A DNA stretch of 63,295 nucleotides, the filler included, from Octopus bimaculoides (lineage: Eukaryota): NCBI RefSeq assembly GCF_001194135.2. It is 3 parts of 3 records of this genome, joined end to end, with 100 filler letters (N's around TTAATTAATTAA, not from the genome) between each part and the next. Parts side by side here need not be neighbours in the genome. Positions count along the whole stretch, not along the records: positions 10,177 to 38,337 come from NC_068994.1; 2 more parts are not named here. One strand, 5' to 3'. Below are positions 13,250 through 26,934 of this stretch, one piece after another; the first letter of the stretch is position 1; each line of letters begins with the position of its first letter. The notes under the pieces are model-generated. The model did not search any database and was not told the DNA's origin. It saw nothing but the letters and a program-made list of their open reading frames with translations. The translations under genes and the position numbers were made by a program.

Positions 13250-15294
13250 ATTTACACACGTACAAATACACACATACATTGACACACTCATGCACTAGTG
13301 CTACTAAGAATTCTTTTTCTAACATCAATAAAACTTAACCACAGAAACATCACGTGGCTTTTAGAAAATTGCAAAGATCATGTTGTGTTAACCCTCTTGA
13401 TTGCAACTCACAAAAAATTTCACCCCTGGTCTCATTTCTACTATTCTCTTCTAAACGCCCTGCATTGAACTTTCTGTTGTCCATATTTAAATTTGCTATC
13501 CATGGTTGTAGAATTAAAGTAAACTCCAAGACAACTTTCCAAGTGAAATACAACAGGAATTGGAAATGATGGTGACAATGCTTGAATGTTTGCACAAGAC
13601 ATTTACTCTGTATACATGTCAAAAAATATAGTAAAGACTTTAAAATGTAACGTATTCACCATTGTTTATGAAATGTAAAGCAGTTCAAACCCCAGCAAAT
13701 TCTATACTAACGTAGCTTTTACCTAGAACTTGTATTCCCTTCTGACCTTTCATTTTCTTTCATACACAAAGCAAAGACTTCTGTGCATCACCATTTTATC
13801 GTTTTCTAAAAACCACTGCCATTGTCTTTTACTGTTGGATTATTTTCTATTACTTGTAAAAATGTGATGCTGGAAAGATAACTTTTCAGATGTGGTCCAA
13901 GAAATTAATAAGACATTGCGTTTGGTTTTTAAGGGAAAACTCACAAAGTGAAATCCTTTCTTTGTAAGAACTATGAATATAATTGAACAAGATATGTTGA
14001 TTTTCTGCACCAAATATCTCTGGTGCTTTGATAAGGATCTCATTCAGCAGTTTCAAAAGATCATCGCTCAAAATGGTTTGTCTTACAGAAAAAAATTTAT
14101 CACAGAAACCACCATTTTGAAAAGGAAATCACAGCCAACGTTTAAATGACTTCACTGCATAAGGAGAATATTTGAGCCAGAAAATGGCCAGCTCGAATGC
14201 AAAACAGGCAGAATGTTTGGGCTTGGTATGGTAGGTTTAAACACTAACTGGAAATATGTATGAAGCAACAAAGGAGATCTTTACATGGTGGCTAGCCCTA
14301 TTAGAAATAGCAGTCAAATCTCCCTCAAACCACGCCCTAGGTCTTACGGATTACTCTTTCAAATGTAATGCTTATTTATTCGCATTGTTTTGAATTAATC
14401 ACTCATTATCTTGTAGCTTCGATGTGATTGTTTAGTTTTAGAATGACACTGTCGGGTAGGTGTGAGAGGCTGGATCTGTCCAGTTTGAAGATAAAACACA
14501 TGGAACATTTGGGCCAGATAAAGCCAGTTTAAATGCTTAATATTTCAAGCAATGTACTCCTTACAGGGGAAGAATGACTGATTACTTATTTCAAAGGTAA
14601 AACTTACAGATTTACTTTCAGTAAGTTACCCAACATATGATTTATAGGCTCACACTTCATTCCACAGTTCATTTAAGCTTATTTTGCATTCTTAATCCAC
14701 AAATATGTAATTAGAACTATCTACGTGATGTCAGATGTCAAAATAGACATTCGTATTAAATTAGCTAATTTATCCTCTAATATCTATCTATATCCGTCTT
14801 CCATCACTGCTTCTAGCTCTCATCTAGAATGTACACCAAGCTGAGTTGCAAATAATCATTACCTCGTCCCTAATCACCTTAACAAATGATTATGTAACGA
14901 GATTTCATTGCAATAAGGAACTGGTTCTCGGGTTTTATTTTTAGCTGGTATTTTCTGTGCTAAATATAAAAGTTCTTCAATTCCTACTTATCTTTAGAAG
15001 AAGATAGTATTTCAGTGTGCACAAGCATGGCTTAGTGGTTCAGGTGATGCACTTGTGACTGTCATCTTTCTATATTTAATCTAAGGTTTTTTTTTATATT
15101 TTTTATTTGTTTCAGTCATTAGACTGTGGCCGTGCTGGGGCACCATCTTGAAGAATTTTTAGTCGAGGTGGTGCTCCAGCATGGCCGCAGTCAAAATGAC
15201 TGAAACAAGCAAAAGAATAAAAGGAATCAACCAAAGTCGTTATAATTTCAATTAAAGATTTCGAGTTACAACTATCTTCATCATTATCATCACT

Positions 15295-15610
15295 ATGGTT
15301 CCAAGTTCAGTCCCACTGTGTGGCACCTTGGACAAGAGTCTTCTACTATAGCCTTGGGCTGTCCAAAGCCTTGTGAGCAGATTTGGTAGACAGAAACTGA
15401 AAGAAGCCTGTCAGTTGTGTGTGTGTCTGTGTGTCTGTGTCTGTGTTTGTCCTCCACTAGCACTTGACAACCAGTGTTGGTGTGTTTATGTCCCTCTAAC
15501 TTAGCGTTTTAGCAAAGAGACCAACAGAATGAGTACTAGGTTTAAAAAAAAATAAGTTCTCGGATCGATTTGTTTAACTAAGGCTCTTCAGGGCAGTGCC
15601 ACAGCATGGC
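15295..15610 (+). mobile_element. CpG-decayed copy of the major tRNA-derived SINE
   Basis: Colinear with the copy at 53330-53725, with its CpGs changed to TpG/CpA. Confidence 0.85.
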
Positions 15611-16714
15611 CAAAAAAAATGAAATAAGATACACACACACACACACACACACACGCACGCACACACACATATTCAAGATGAACTTTCCAGGTGCATCATA
15701 TGTGACTTCATCAGAGATACGGAGATCCTGCATTATAAAAGAGAATATTCCATTAATTTCCAACAAAATAAAATTCTGCCCAAATTGCCTGATGTCCTTC
15801 CTCAACCCAACACACAAACCAGTGTACTTTACATTTTGTCATTTTTTTTTCTTTCTTTTTACCCCACTCAATTGATATCTGTGAATAATCCACTTGAACT
15901 GTCTCAGAGGGATTTTCCTAAATAGATTTTGTGCTTATCCATTGATAAACTACATCCCCCATTATAAGTGATTTTAAGTGTTGTCATCAAACATTGAGAT
16001 ATTTGAGGTTTATAAATAACATTTGTTCCTTGTTTGAAGGTAGCATGTGAGTGAAACATTTACCGTCTAACGGATTTGGATTTACTTTCAAATTCAAAAG
16101 ACAAGAAAACGCTTTGAGGTCATCAGATTTCAATGGAAAGGAAATATGATGCAAAGAAGAAAGAGGAATTTGTTCTGTGTTCCTGCTGAAGTGATCTTAT
16201 GGAAATACCTTGGCAGAAGTGATTACCAACTTGCCAACCATTCTTTTATCTAAGGACTTCTTTGGTTACCATTCAATGATTAAAAACTAGTTTTCTAGAA
16301 ACTTCTTTCAAAATTCCGGTTTTATTTTTTCACTCATTAACCTGTGGAGGTTGAAATACGTAAAATATTAGAGGAAGAAACCCAGTTGTTTCTTGCACAG
16401 GAGTGGTTGCGTGGTAAGAAGCTTGCTTCCCAACCACATGGTTCCGGGTTCAGTCCCACTGTGTGGCACCTTGGGCAAGTGTCTTCTACTATAGCTTTGG
16501 GCCGACCAAAGTCTTGTGAGTGGATTTGGTAGACGGAAACTGAAAGAAGCCTGTCGTATATATGTAAGCCTGGTACTTATTCTATCGGTCCCTTTTACTG
16601 AACCACTAAGTCATAGGGATGTAAACACACCAACTTCGGTTGTCAAGCGATTGTGGGTGGACAAACACAGACACAAATAACAAACACATGCATACATATA
16701 CATATATATACACA

Positions 16715-16935
16715 ACGGGCTTCTTTCACAGTTCTATATTTAAGAGATGAGGAATTATGTACATTATTTACATTATTTACATTTGATGGATATTTTTCCG
16801 CATCTTGTTTGTTGTTCACCCAACGTTTTGGTTGATATACCCTGCCAAGACACATGAAGAAGGCTGGATAGTATATCAACTGAAACATGTTAACAACAAT
16901 CAAGATCAGGACAAATGTCCGTCAAATGTAAATAG
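16715..16935. mobile_element. Inverted pair of tails from the hammerhead-bearing SINE family; ribozyme core mutated
   Basis: Reverse tail at about 16715-16845 and forward tail at about 16845-16935 (GACAC ATGAAGA AGGCTG...GAAACATGTT). Confidence 0.7.
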
Positions 16936-18415
16936 TAGGCTTCTTTCTGGTCATCCGTTCAGCATCTGGTGATGTCTAAAGTAAAAGTCCACTTCTCAAG
17001 TTATACCAACTCATAAAGGTCAGTTTCTTGGTTTCATGGTATATATATTCACCACCTGGACAGGATGTCAGTCCGTCAGTCCATTGCAGGATTAACTCAT
17101 TTTTATCAATTGAGTGGACTGGAGTAATGTGAAATGAAGTGTTTTGCTCAAGAACACAACACGTCACCCAGGTCAGGAATCGAAACCACAATCTTACGAT
17201 TATGAGTCCAACCACTAACCACTAAGCCACACACCTCCACCTCTAGTGATGTTCACCATTGATTCAATAAGTTCGTCTGTCGAAATAGTTTTCATCCACC
17301 AAGCTGCATTCCATGATTTCAACATGACCTGGCTTCAGTGGTGGTTCCATGCTTTTTAACCAATAACTGGAATTTTGGCAAGTGCTACTCTTCTGACTCA
17401 AACTAGACCTGGGAACAATAATGGCTAAGCAGTGGTTCCACATTCATCAAAACCTTGGAACTCCCAAACCATGGCTGAGCACCCAATGCAAAATAAAGTT
17501 AAACCCAGAACTATTCGTGTAAAAGTCTCAATATTTTTAATTATATTAATTCTTTTCCAGTGAAATCTGTTTGAATAAATACAAGTTTTGTTAATTAAAT
17601 TGTGGAAATTTATAAGAAATAATTGCCTGGAAACAGTAAAATTTCATTAATGAATTAGTGGAGATGGGGTAGACATTAGTGTAATGTATAGATTCCATTT
17701 GGCATAAAAATAAAAAAGACAAACATTACCAAATTTGACTCACCATGTGACCTACTAAAAGCTGTTAGCATCATTATCATTTCAAACACTATTGTTTATC
17801 TGTCTGGTCTTCCTTATTAGAAGGAAACAAGAGGGAAATATGAAAAAACAAAAATAACAAGCAAGTCATCTCTGTCTGGTGTTAATTATGTTGATTAATT
17901 AAAACTAATGGAAGAATTTATTTCCCCATAATGTGAAAACATTAGAAAAAAAGAGAGACATCGAGATATCCTCTCCTCTCCATATGTTTGCAAAACAAAA
18001 CAAAGAGGAAAAAGACCAAATGCATAAAATTAAGGTTGATCAGATGGAAACTGCAAATTTATTTCATTCCTGGTTGGAACAGAAAATGGTCTGAATTAAT
18101 ATGAATAACGTGAAATATATATATATATATATATATATATTGATGTTTGTCTTTATGTTCAGTTATAATAAAAACAATTTTACATTACTCTGTATTTTTG
18201 TAGAATACAAGCTTATTATTCTTACTCGAAAACATTGTTGACAGTGACTTTGAAGTTTCAGTTAGCTAATCTATTGTCGAACTGTAAATATATGTCATCA
18301 TCATCATCATCATAATCTTTTAACGTTAGATGATTTGACTGAGGACTGGTGAACCAGATGGCTACACCAGGCTCCAATCTGATTTGGCAGAGTTTCTACA
18401 GCTGGATGCCCTACA

Positions 18416-18451
<36 letters not shown>

Positions 18452-19824
18452 TGTCCTGACACTATTTACATGAATACTCTAATGAGGATTTGGAGTAGGT
18501 AATTCTATTGTACTTTAATTGAAAATTCTGATAATGTACATTGCTTCTAAGCAAAACAGGATATATATAAATATATATAATCTCTCTCTTCCCCTCTCTC
18601 TCTCTGTCCCTCTCTTTCACTCTGTGTGTTTGTATGTTGACAGCATACACAGTGTGTGCCTATTTCATGATTGGCCAAAAATTATTTTTCTCGATTGATA
18701 AAGTATTCAACATCCTTTTCTAATTTTGGGATTTCAATATTCCAAGACCCAGAACCGAAGTGGAAGTTAGTTTTGAGTGAAAGGATTGTGTTTAAGATTG
18801 CATTAATCAAAACATTCCATCATAGCAATATATTGCTTTTTCTACGAACTCAAGAGAGAGAGAGAAAGAGAGAGATCAAGTGATAGCATTTTGACAGTAT
18901 TATTGTGTCTACATCAGCCTTGCATTTATATCCTAAACTATTTCGGTTCTAAGTGGTAATACTTAAGAATATATATATATATATATATATATTACAGTAA
19001 CTGGGTCAACAAGCGCAGTGAATCACCCAGCAAATGACTTGTAGAAACAGAAAGTGCACACAGGATAGCATAGTCCTATATCTGGTTTCTATATCCAGCT
19101 GGTTACAGGCTAAGATAAAGACTTTTTATTAATTCAAAAGTATTCTTAAGGTGTTGCTGTCTAGATCCAGGTAAGATATTGAAGGAAGATTCTCCAGTTG
19201 TAGCAGTTATGTCATTCAGTTACCAGGAACTTTATTGTTCAGTGTAGCTCTTATTTAAGGAGATCGCTTATGAGGGTTTTGGTTGCTATTTTCACTAAGT
19301 TGTGTGACTACTAAATATGTGTGTGTGTGTGTTTAACCTTTGTCCATAGGCAAGGAAACCTAGAAATAAAACTGAATAATAACATACATATATATATATA
19401 TATATATANNNNNNNNNNNNNNNNNNNNNNNNNNNNNNNNNNNNNNNNNNNNNNNNNNNNNNNNNNNNNNNNNNNNNNNNNNNNNNNNNNNNNNNNNNNN
19501 NNNNNNNNNNNNNNNNNNNNNNNNNNNNNNNNNNNNNNNNNNNNNNNNNNNNNNNNNNNNNNNNNNNTTGCCAGGAGACTAAAGGGTCCCACCCACAACC
19601 ACAATGCTATCGTTGAATTTTTTTTCTTTTTTTGTTAAAAGTATTCTTTTCCACTGTCTACAAACACAGCCAGGCTGAAATAATTAATGCATTCTTCCAG
19701 GAGTGAATTAAAAAATTCTCAAAATTGAAGGGATGGGCCCATTAGATACTAACATGGGCCCCCATTTATGGATTCTAATGCTGCAGGGATCCACTTGCCA
19801 TCAGGCAAGCTGGCCAATCTGCCA

Positions 19825-19874
<50 letters not shown>

Positions 19875-19916
19875 GCATGCATGCACACACACATACAAAC
19901 TTATACACATTTTGAC

Positions 19917-20358
19917 CTGGAAAACACAGTTGACAAGATAAATACTTTCATTTCCCTGAGGCCTCGGAAGTGAAGACAAGTAAATACTTGAAGAAACATA
20001 TTTCTTCATTCCCAAGGCTTCATGGACCTGAAAGCATTGACCTCGTCAACTGTGTTTTCCAGATCAAAATATGTTTGTTAATGCTAATTGTCTGTTGTGA
20101 GAGTCATTAAGGTCATGTAGTAATGAGTGCACTGACATGGTGTGAGGCACGTAACATAATAACCAATTGAAACACTTTCACTTTCCATTTTACCAATGAA
20201 ACATATTTCGATCTGGAAAACACAGTTGACGAGGTCAATGCTTTCAGATCCATGAGGCCCTGGGAATAAAGAAACATGTTTCTTCAAGTGTTTACTTGTC
20301 TTCACTTCCGAGGCCTCAGGGAAACGAAAGCACTTACCTTGTCAGCTGTGTTTTCCAG
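19917..20358. mobile_element. MITE-like element with ~160-bp terminal inverted repeats, each carrying its own 18-bp inverted ends
   Basis: 19917-20076 and 20199-20358 are about 90% reverse-complementary by eye. CTGGAAAACACAGTTGAC occurs at both ends of each arm. Confidence 0.88.
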
Positions 20359-21254
20359 AGAAATGCTGAACAAAATGTTGGCAAACAATCTTTACTCCAA
20401 AGTACTGTTGCTGAATATCTCTCGTTGTGAGATTTACAAATAGTAATTTTCTAATCATGGAAATTATTCAAACTGGAATCCTTCTTGAGTGACACATTTT
20501 TCCATTCGAGTCAATACAGAATTACAGATAGCATTTATGGAATTTTGATTTACTGTCAGGTGACTTTTGGCCAACCCTTTATATACAGAGTTGCCATGAA
20601 GTGTCACCATTTAAAAACTGAAAATGTCATTTATTTGTTAAAGGAAATAATGTTTATAAATATGAGATTATAACATTTGGGAAAATATTTTTGGTCTAAT
20701 TATGGAAGATGATGTCACTTGAACGATCTCCTTTTGATGTTTCCCAACTGACTGCTCTTTCCAGTGCATTTCCTCATGTCTGATTTCTTTCTGTGAATTC
20801 CATTTCATGTGTTCTCCTTTGGCTGCTACACCTTCCAGGACTTCCTAATAGTATTGTATTAACGTCCCCTTTTCCATGTTGACATGGGTCAGACAGAATT
20901 TATAGAGGCAGATTTTCTAAAGAGAGATGCTCTTTCTGTTTCCAAGCAAGTTGACATTTCCCTACAACCAAACATGTTTTCATGGAAGACTGGATGTGAA
21001 GGACACCATGAGTGCAGTGACACTTGCTTACAACCATTATGTATGTCAAGGAATGAGACAGTAACATACACAAACACACATATACACATATACATATATG
21101 ACAAGCTTCTTTCAGTTTCCTTATGCCAAATCCATTCACAAGACTTTGGTCAACCAGGGTTTATAGTAGAGATACTTGCCCAAGGTTTCATTCTGTCGGA
21201 ATGAACCCAGAACCATGTGGTTGGGAAGCAAATTTTTACCATACAACCATGCTT

Positions 21255-21430
21255 GTGCCTACATATCAATGCAGTTCTTTAAAGAAAGAATTCCAGGGAA
21301 GGGAAATCTGGTGAAATGGCAAACCAGCTGAAATCATCCATTCTTGAAATGAACTCTTCTCTAGTGTTGCATACTTTTTCCTGCTGCAGTCTCGACATCA
21401 TGCTGACACCAGATCTCCAGTCTATCCTGA
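21255..21430 (-). mobile_element. Degenerate Tc1/mariner-superfamily transposase fragment
   Basis: EIWCQHDVETA and, after a frameshift, FISRMDDFSWFAISPDFPSLEFFL* align with WFQQDGATAH and LISR.GD..WPARSPDL.P.DFFLWG. Confidence 0.6.
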
Positions 21431-22541
21431 ACATTTAAACAACAGACAAATTGCAATTGTATGATAGTGGTGTCAAGAGTGCCATGCAGACCATCATATA
21501 ACTCCTTTTATTCCTCCCTTCCATTCTATCTCGACATATGCATTGCGTTTATATTCTTCTCTTCTGTTTTACGAATTCAATGTGCACACGTGCATTGCAT
21601 GTTCATACTTCTCTTTCTGGTTCCTACTCAAAACTGTTTATAGATCACAACCGTCTCACAAACGTGTGTTCATGAGGATCGCTTCAAGCTCTGATGGCTG
21701 TGAAACAACCAAATTGCACAAACATTTCATGTTATCAAACCAAATCACCATGAGATATTAGCCAATTATTATTTGACGAGTCACACTACACTAAACTTGT
21801 GACTCTGAGTTTTGATTATGGATGACTCTCAGATTTGGGGGTCTTAGACTCAATCCCCTTACAGGGATTCTTTGGTAAATGTCACATTTTCAATAGGCTG
21901 AGATAAACTCTTAGCTTCTCAGAGAATTTGGGAAGATGGAAACTGTACAGAAGCCTGTTGATTGGTTTGTACTTGTACTTGGAAAGGAACAACCTTGTCA
22001 TATGCTGAGTCACAGTGATTCTGCCTGAGAATTGTGATCAGGATTCGTGTGTCTGTGAAAAGTTCAGTCATTTACTCCTTAATTCAGGAGCAATGGTGGA
22101 GATGGTGGTGGTGGTGACAACGACGATGTTGATGATGATGATGACAACGACGACAGCAGTGATGACAACAGTGACAAGGAGGAAGAGGAGGAGAAGGAGG
22201 AGGATACATGATATTAACTTACTTTAGGAGAAAAAAATGTAGAGAGAATTACTATGACAATATTTTGAAATTCAGAGCAAAAAAAAAAAAAAAAAAAAAA
22301 AAACAAGCAAACAAATGAGGCAATAATTTAAGTAAACAACATCTCTGTTATTGTATGGAGACTGTAAATAGTTGGTTTGTTAATTGAACTGGGTTAATTG
22401 GCAACTAGGTTAATTGCTAAGTGGAAAACTGCCTCTTTGACAATCTTGTTGAAAGTTTTTCCAAACAATCTAATGTGCATGCGTGCGTGTATGCCTGTAT
22501 GTGTGTGTGTGCATGTGTGTGTGTGTGTAATCCCCATCATT

Positions 22542-22576
<35 letters not shown>

Positions 22577-24227
22577 TGCCACCATCATCCTCATCGTCAT
22601 CATCCTTTAGTGTCCATTTTCCATGCTGGCAAAGGTTAGATGGTTTAAGAAAGGCTGGAGAGCTGCACCAGGTACCATTGTATGCTTTTTACATGGCAAC
22701 AGCAGGGACTGAACTCATGGTTGTGAATCAGACATCATGTCTGATCATAGACAGCATTTGCCACTGAAGAAGTGTTCTTGTAACCTCAACTATGCCAAAG
22801 TGGAAGATAGTTTCCAAAAAAGCTAAACCCAATTAATATGCACTGAATCAATTCACGAGCTGATAGACACCATTTGTCTTACATTCTGGTTTTCCTAAAT
22901 GGTGCCAACAGATTATAGAAATATCAGTTACATAACATCTTCACGTGACACATCAAAGGGTTAATTTTCATTGCCATAAATATTTTGTTATTTTTTTTTA
23001 TTTTTTCATTCATTTTTTTTTTCTTTCTTTCATTCTTTTTTTTTTTTTTGGCATTATTTGTAGGCTGATAGATCTTCTTGAAAGTAAAACACTGGCTCTC
23101 AAGTACATGAAAATTTCTATGATAACAACAAAAATTAGGCTACTGTTATTATCTGACTACCAATTTTATTAACAAGCTTCAACTGTTCAAACAAAGCTGT
23201 TCAATTATGGAAACTCTGTCAATAAATTGAAAGATTTTTTTCTTTCTTTCTCTGTGCAACCAAAACCTCTTAAAACTTCAGTTTTATTGAGTTCCAATAA
23301 TGAAGTTGTGTATTGTTTACAATGTCACCATCATTGTTGCACTTGTTTTAACATTCACTTTTCCATGCTAGCATGGGTTGGACAGTATTTGCTGATTTGT
23401 GGATTTTCTACGGCTGGATGCTCTTCCTGTTGCTAACCGTCATCTGTTTCCACGTAAGGTTGTATTACTCCGTGACCAGACGTCTTTCCACAGAACATTG
23501 GAAATGAAAGGATGTTGTTTGCATGATGGTGGCACTTATTTACACCTATCATGCAATGTCAAAGACAAACACACACACACACACTTGGTATCCATAGAAA
23601 CCATGCCAAGGCAGGACATTGAGGCATAACAGAGTTCTCTGCTTCGACCAATCAGATCTCCTCAAACAGTCCAACCCATGCCAGCATGGAAGATGGAGGT
23701 TAAATAATGGTAATAGTGGTGGTGGTGGTGGTGGCGGCAGCGGTGGCGGCGGTGGCGGTGGCGGCAGCGGCAGTGGTGGTAGTGACGGCAGTGTTGGTGG
23801 TGGTGGTGTGTGTGTGTGTGTGTGTATAAGTGTGTCTGTGTCTGTGTCTGTGTTTGTGTCTGTGTGTGTGTCTGTGTCTGTACTAAATATGATTGCAGTT
23901 GTATTGACGGCAAATCATTAACTCAGAGAATTCTGTTAGATAATGGGGAATTCTTCTGTAGAAATGGTTGTCATTTTATATGCTTCACACGTGTGTGTGT
24001 GTGCAGTGTTTCCTGCCCGAACGTCAAGCATGCAGAGTGTGCATAACATATAAAAATGAATGCAAATAACAAATTAGATTTAAGATAAATTTGTCGTATT
24101 TATGGGAGAAAGAGGTGGAAAGAGGGTATCTACATGATGTATGTGCCCTCATTTAGTTGCCTGCTTTGTTTTTAGAATAGCACGCACCTATATACATACA
24201 TGTATGTACAACATATGTGTGTATGTA

Positions 24228-24274
<47 letters not shown>

Positions 24275-24966
24275 NNNNNNNNNNNNNNNNNNNNNNNNNN
24301 NNNNNNNNNNNNNNNNNNNNNNNNNNNNNNNNNNNNNNNNNNNNNNNNNNNNNTATTCAGATAATTTCTCATTCATACAACGCGAATTAGAACTCCGCTT
24401 TCTGGTTTTGCAAGCAAAGATGAAAAATGTAATTTTTTGTGGTCATGTGACTATTTGAAGCGTAGGCGGTGTGATTTTGGCATGCTTTTATGGTCTGCAT
24501 GAAGTATAAAGGCTATTTGCCCACGTGGCGATTTTGTTTGTACTGGAAGCCAATGTGAACAGGTGGTTCGAAATTTGGACTTGAAGACAATGAATGGAAG
24601 ACTTTGTGATGTGCTGAAAGCCACTGTGAATGGTTTTATATAGTAGTCGGTGCCATGTGGTCGATATGAGTGATGGTGCCAAACAATTTCGTATGGAACA
24701 GATGACACAGTATTTGGTATAAAGTGTGAAGTTGGTGACTTTGTAAGGTGGAAGGTTTTGAACTTGCTGCAAAAATAGTGTTAACTTGGCAACTAAAAGA
24801 ATCCAGAATGGTAGTGTGAATTTGGAAGTAACAACAGAGTCCAGTCAGGAGAAAAAGAGATAGATAATAAATCATTAGACTGGTGAATAAAAAAAGAGCT
24901 CACCAAAAGAAGTACACATTCCTGAGGTAAATGAAAGAACTCTCTAAAAACTCTTTAAAGAACTCT

Positions 24967-25200
24967 TTATTTATTCAAGTGGTACTTGAAAAAGTTGATG
25001 AGCGATTGGCCAGAGAGGAAAGTGTTTGACTCTAAACCTTTCACTCGAGTCCACCTCACACATTCTTTCACCATGGCCACCAGTATGATGAAGAATGCCT
25101 TGCCTTCCCAGTTGAGGGAAGGTGGCAGAGCAGTTTTCATGATAGACTCAGCTGACAACTGAATTCGTCCCACACGTGACAGCAGACGTTCAGCATAAAC
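24967..25200 (-). mobile_element. L1/Tx1-like LINE ORF2 C-terminal fragment
   Basis: LLSRVGRIQLSAESI...EGKAFFIILVAMVKECVRWTRVKGLESNTFLSGQSLINFFKYHL matches the recalled C-terminus of a cephalopod Tx1-like element. Confidence 0.7.
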
Positions 25201-25309
25201 AGAGCCTGAAAGATTGTTTTAAGATACCTGGCATATTCTATAAATATGCCTGTTCAAGTATTCTAATAGCATGAAACTATTCATAGCTCTTTTGGTTGTA
25301 TATTTAATT

Positions 25310-25355
<46 letters not shown>

Positions 25356-26368
25356 TTTTAATCCTATTATTTGCTTTTCCATACTTGCATGGGTTAGATG
25401 TCGTTTATATATATCAATGTGTGTGTATGTGTAAGTGTGTGAATGTATGTGTATGTGAGGGTGAGTGTTAATGAGAGTGTGTCAGAATGTTAATGTGTGT
25501 GTGTGTGTGTGGCTTTAAGTCCCACAACTTAACACTTTTTAATCAATTACATGGTGCCATCTCTACATTTCTATGCAAAACTCAACAGGTTAGTGGAATA
25601 TCTCTGTTTACTCATCTTGTATGTTAATAAAGCTGAACTTTCAAACACGTTGCAATTGTTTGGTTTTTTTGTTGTTGTTGTTCTGCTGGAAATTTTTTTT
25701 TTTTCCATTATTTTTGTTAAAGAGGAATGAATTATGTAAAAAGGTTGTTTGTTTGTGTGTAAGGAAGTTGTGGGTGTGAGTGTGCATCTGTCTGTGTATG
25801 TTGTTGTTTGTGTGTATGTAGTTGTGTGCATGTATGTAGGTGTGTGTGTGTGTGTGTGTGTGCATGTGTGTAGGTGTGTGTATGTGTGGGAATGCCTGTG
25901 TGTACATCTGTATGTGTGTGTGCGTGTGCATTTAAATGTGTACATAAATGTATATATAGATGTGTGTGTATGAGTATGTGTGTAGGTATAATTGTAAGTG
26001 TATGTGTGTGTAAACGTGTGTGTGTGTGTGTATGTAGGTGTTTTGGTGTGTATATGAGGGGGGTATGTGTATTGTGTAGGTATGTGTGTGTAGGTGTGTG
26101 TGAGTATGTGTATGGATATGTGTATATGTGAGTGTGTAGGAGTGTATGTCTGTATCTTTGTGATTATACATGTGTGTGTGAGTGTATGTGTGTGTGTGTA
26201 CATGTGTGCATGTGTATGTATGCGTGAACATGTGTTAATAAATGTATGTGTATGTGTACCTGAGTGTGTATATGTTTTTGCGTATAGGTATATGTGTATG
26301 TTTGTGAGTACACATGTATGTATGTTGTGTGTGTGTGTGTATGACACAGTGAAACAGTCTGCTTTTAC

Positions 26369-26435
26369 CATATTTAAATAGAGCAGAACTTGAGGCTGTT
26401 GTAAGTGAAAGATTAAACTTCGGTAATGGAATCAC
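26369..26435 (-). CDS. Candidate 67-nt exon (VIPLPKFNLSLTTASSSALFKY)
   Basis: Acceptor ctctgcag after a 75-nt GT-AG intron; phase 0 matches the ...EALT end of the previous exon; donor gtaaaa. Confidence 0.35.
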
Positions 26436-26510
26436 CTGCAGAGTTTTATTCCAAGAACTTTTACTCCAGCTTTCAGTTACAAAAATATTTACCTAATGAC
26501 ATTTACATAC

Positions 26511-26649
26511 GGTTAATGCTTCAAGACATTCTTTGTAGCACTCGTTGACTGAAGACCATTTCAACATCTCCTTCTTCTCTCAGCACAAGAATATTGTTCC
26601 TTGCTTTGAAAAATATTTTTGAAACCCAAGTGTTTGGATAGAATTTGGT
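26511..26649 (-). CDS. Candidate 139-nt exon; no single frame is open throughout (DQILSKHLGFKNIFQSKEQYSCAE / KKEMLKWSSVNECYKECLEALT)
   Basis: Acceptor gttgttacag, donor gtatgt. Needs either a 2-nt AG slip in GAGAGA, an internal GAG acceptor, or a start at the internal Met (MLKWSS...). Confidence 0.35.
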
Positions 26650-26747
26650 CTGTAACAACGTATGCAACTTTTCGTTTCTCTCCTTACCATAATTGCCTTG
26701 CACCACCATTATGCACACATCTTAACAAATCAGTTACTCACACACAC

Positions 26748-26779
<32 letters not shown>

Positions 26780-26901
26780 GTGTGCACGCATGTATGCACA
26801 TCCTGACAGCGCTGCGATCATCTTATTTTCACTCTGAGCTAAGAACACTATTTTCCTTTCATCCTCACCTTGGATTTTTCATTTAAATGTCTATGTCTTA
26901 C

Positions 26902-26934
26902 CTGTGAACCATTCTCTCTTTTCTTCTGCAATTA
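26902..26934 (-). CDS. Candidate 33-nt exon of an unidentified gene (xIAEEKREWFTx), or a 5' UTR exon
   Basis: Long T-rich acceptor tract ending gaccag and donor CAG|gtaaga; open in phase 1/1. Confidence 0.45.

Noticed and set aside
13350-17450. Protein-like minus-strand frames at about 13350-13622, 13886-14140, 15680-15830, 16064-16200 and 17270-17450
   Set aside because: They are interrupted by stops, lack consistent splice sites or phases, and match no family I recognise. 16064-16200 has plausible AG/GT ends but no partner exon.
20690-20845. Minus-strand frame EVLEGVAAKGEHMKWNSQKEIRHEEM...
   Set aside because: Weak acceptor abutting a SINE tail, no donor, no recognisable homology.
26358-26400. 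Plus-strand mini-exon LLLPYLNRAELEAV with a gtaagt donor as an upstream exon of the ARM-like gene
   Set aside because: Poor acceptor, its phase 0 end does not fit the phase-1 start at 27865, and it overlaps the minus-strand candidate exon.
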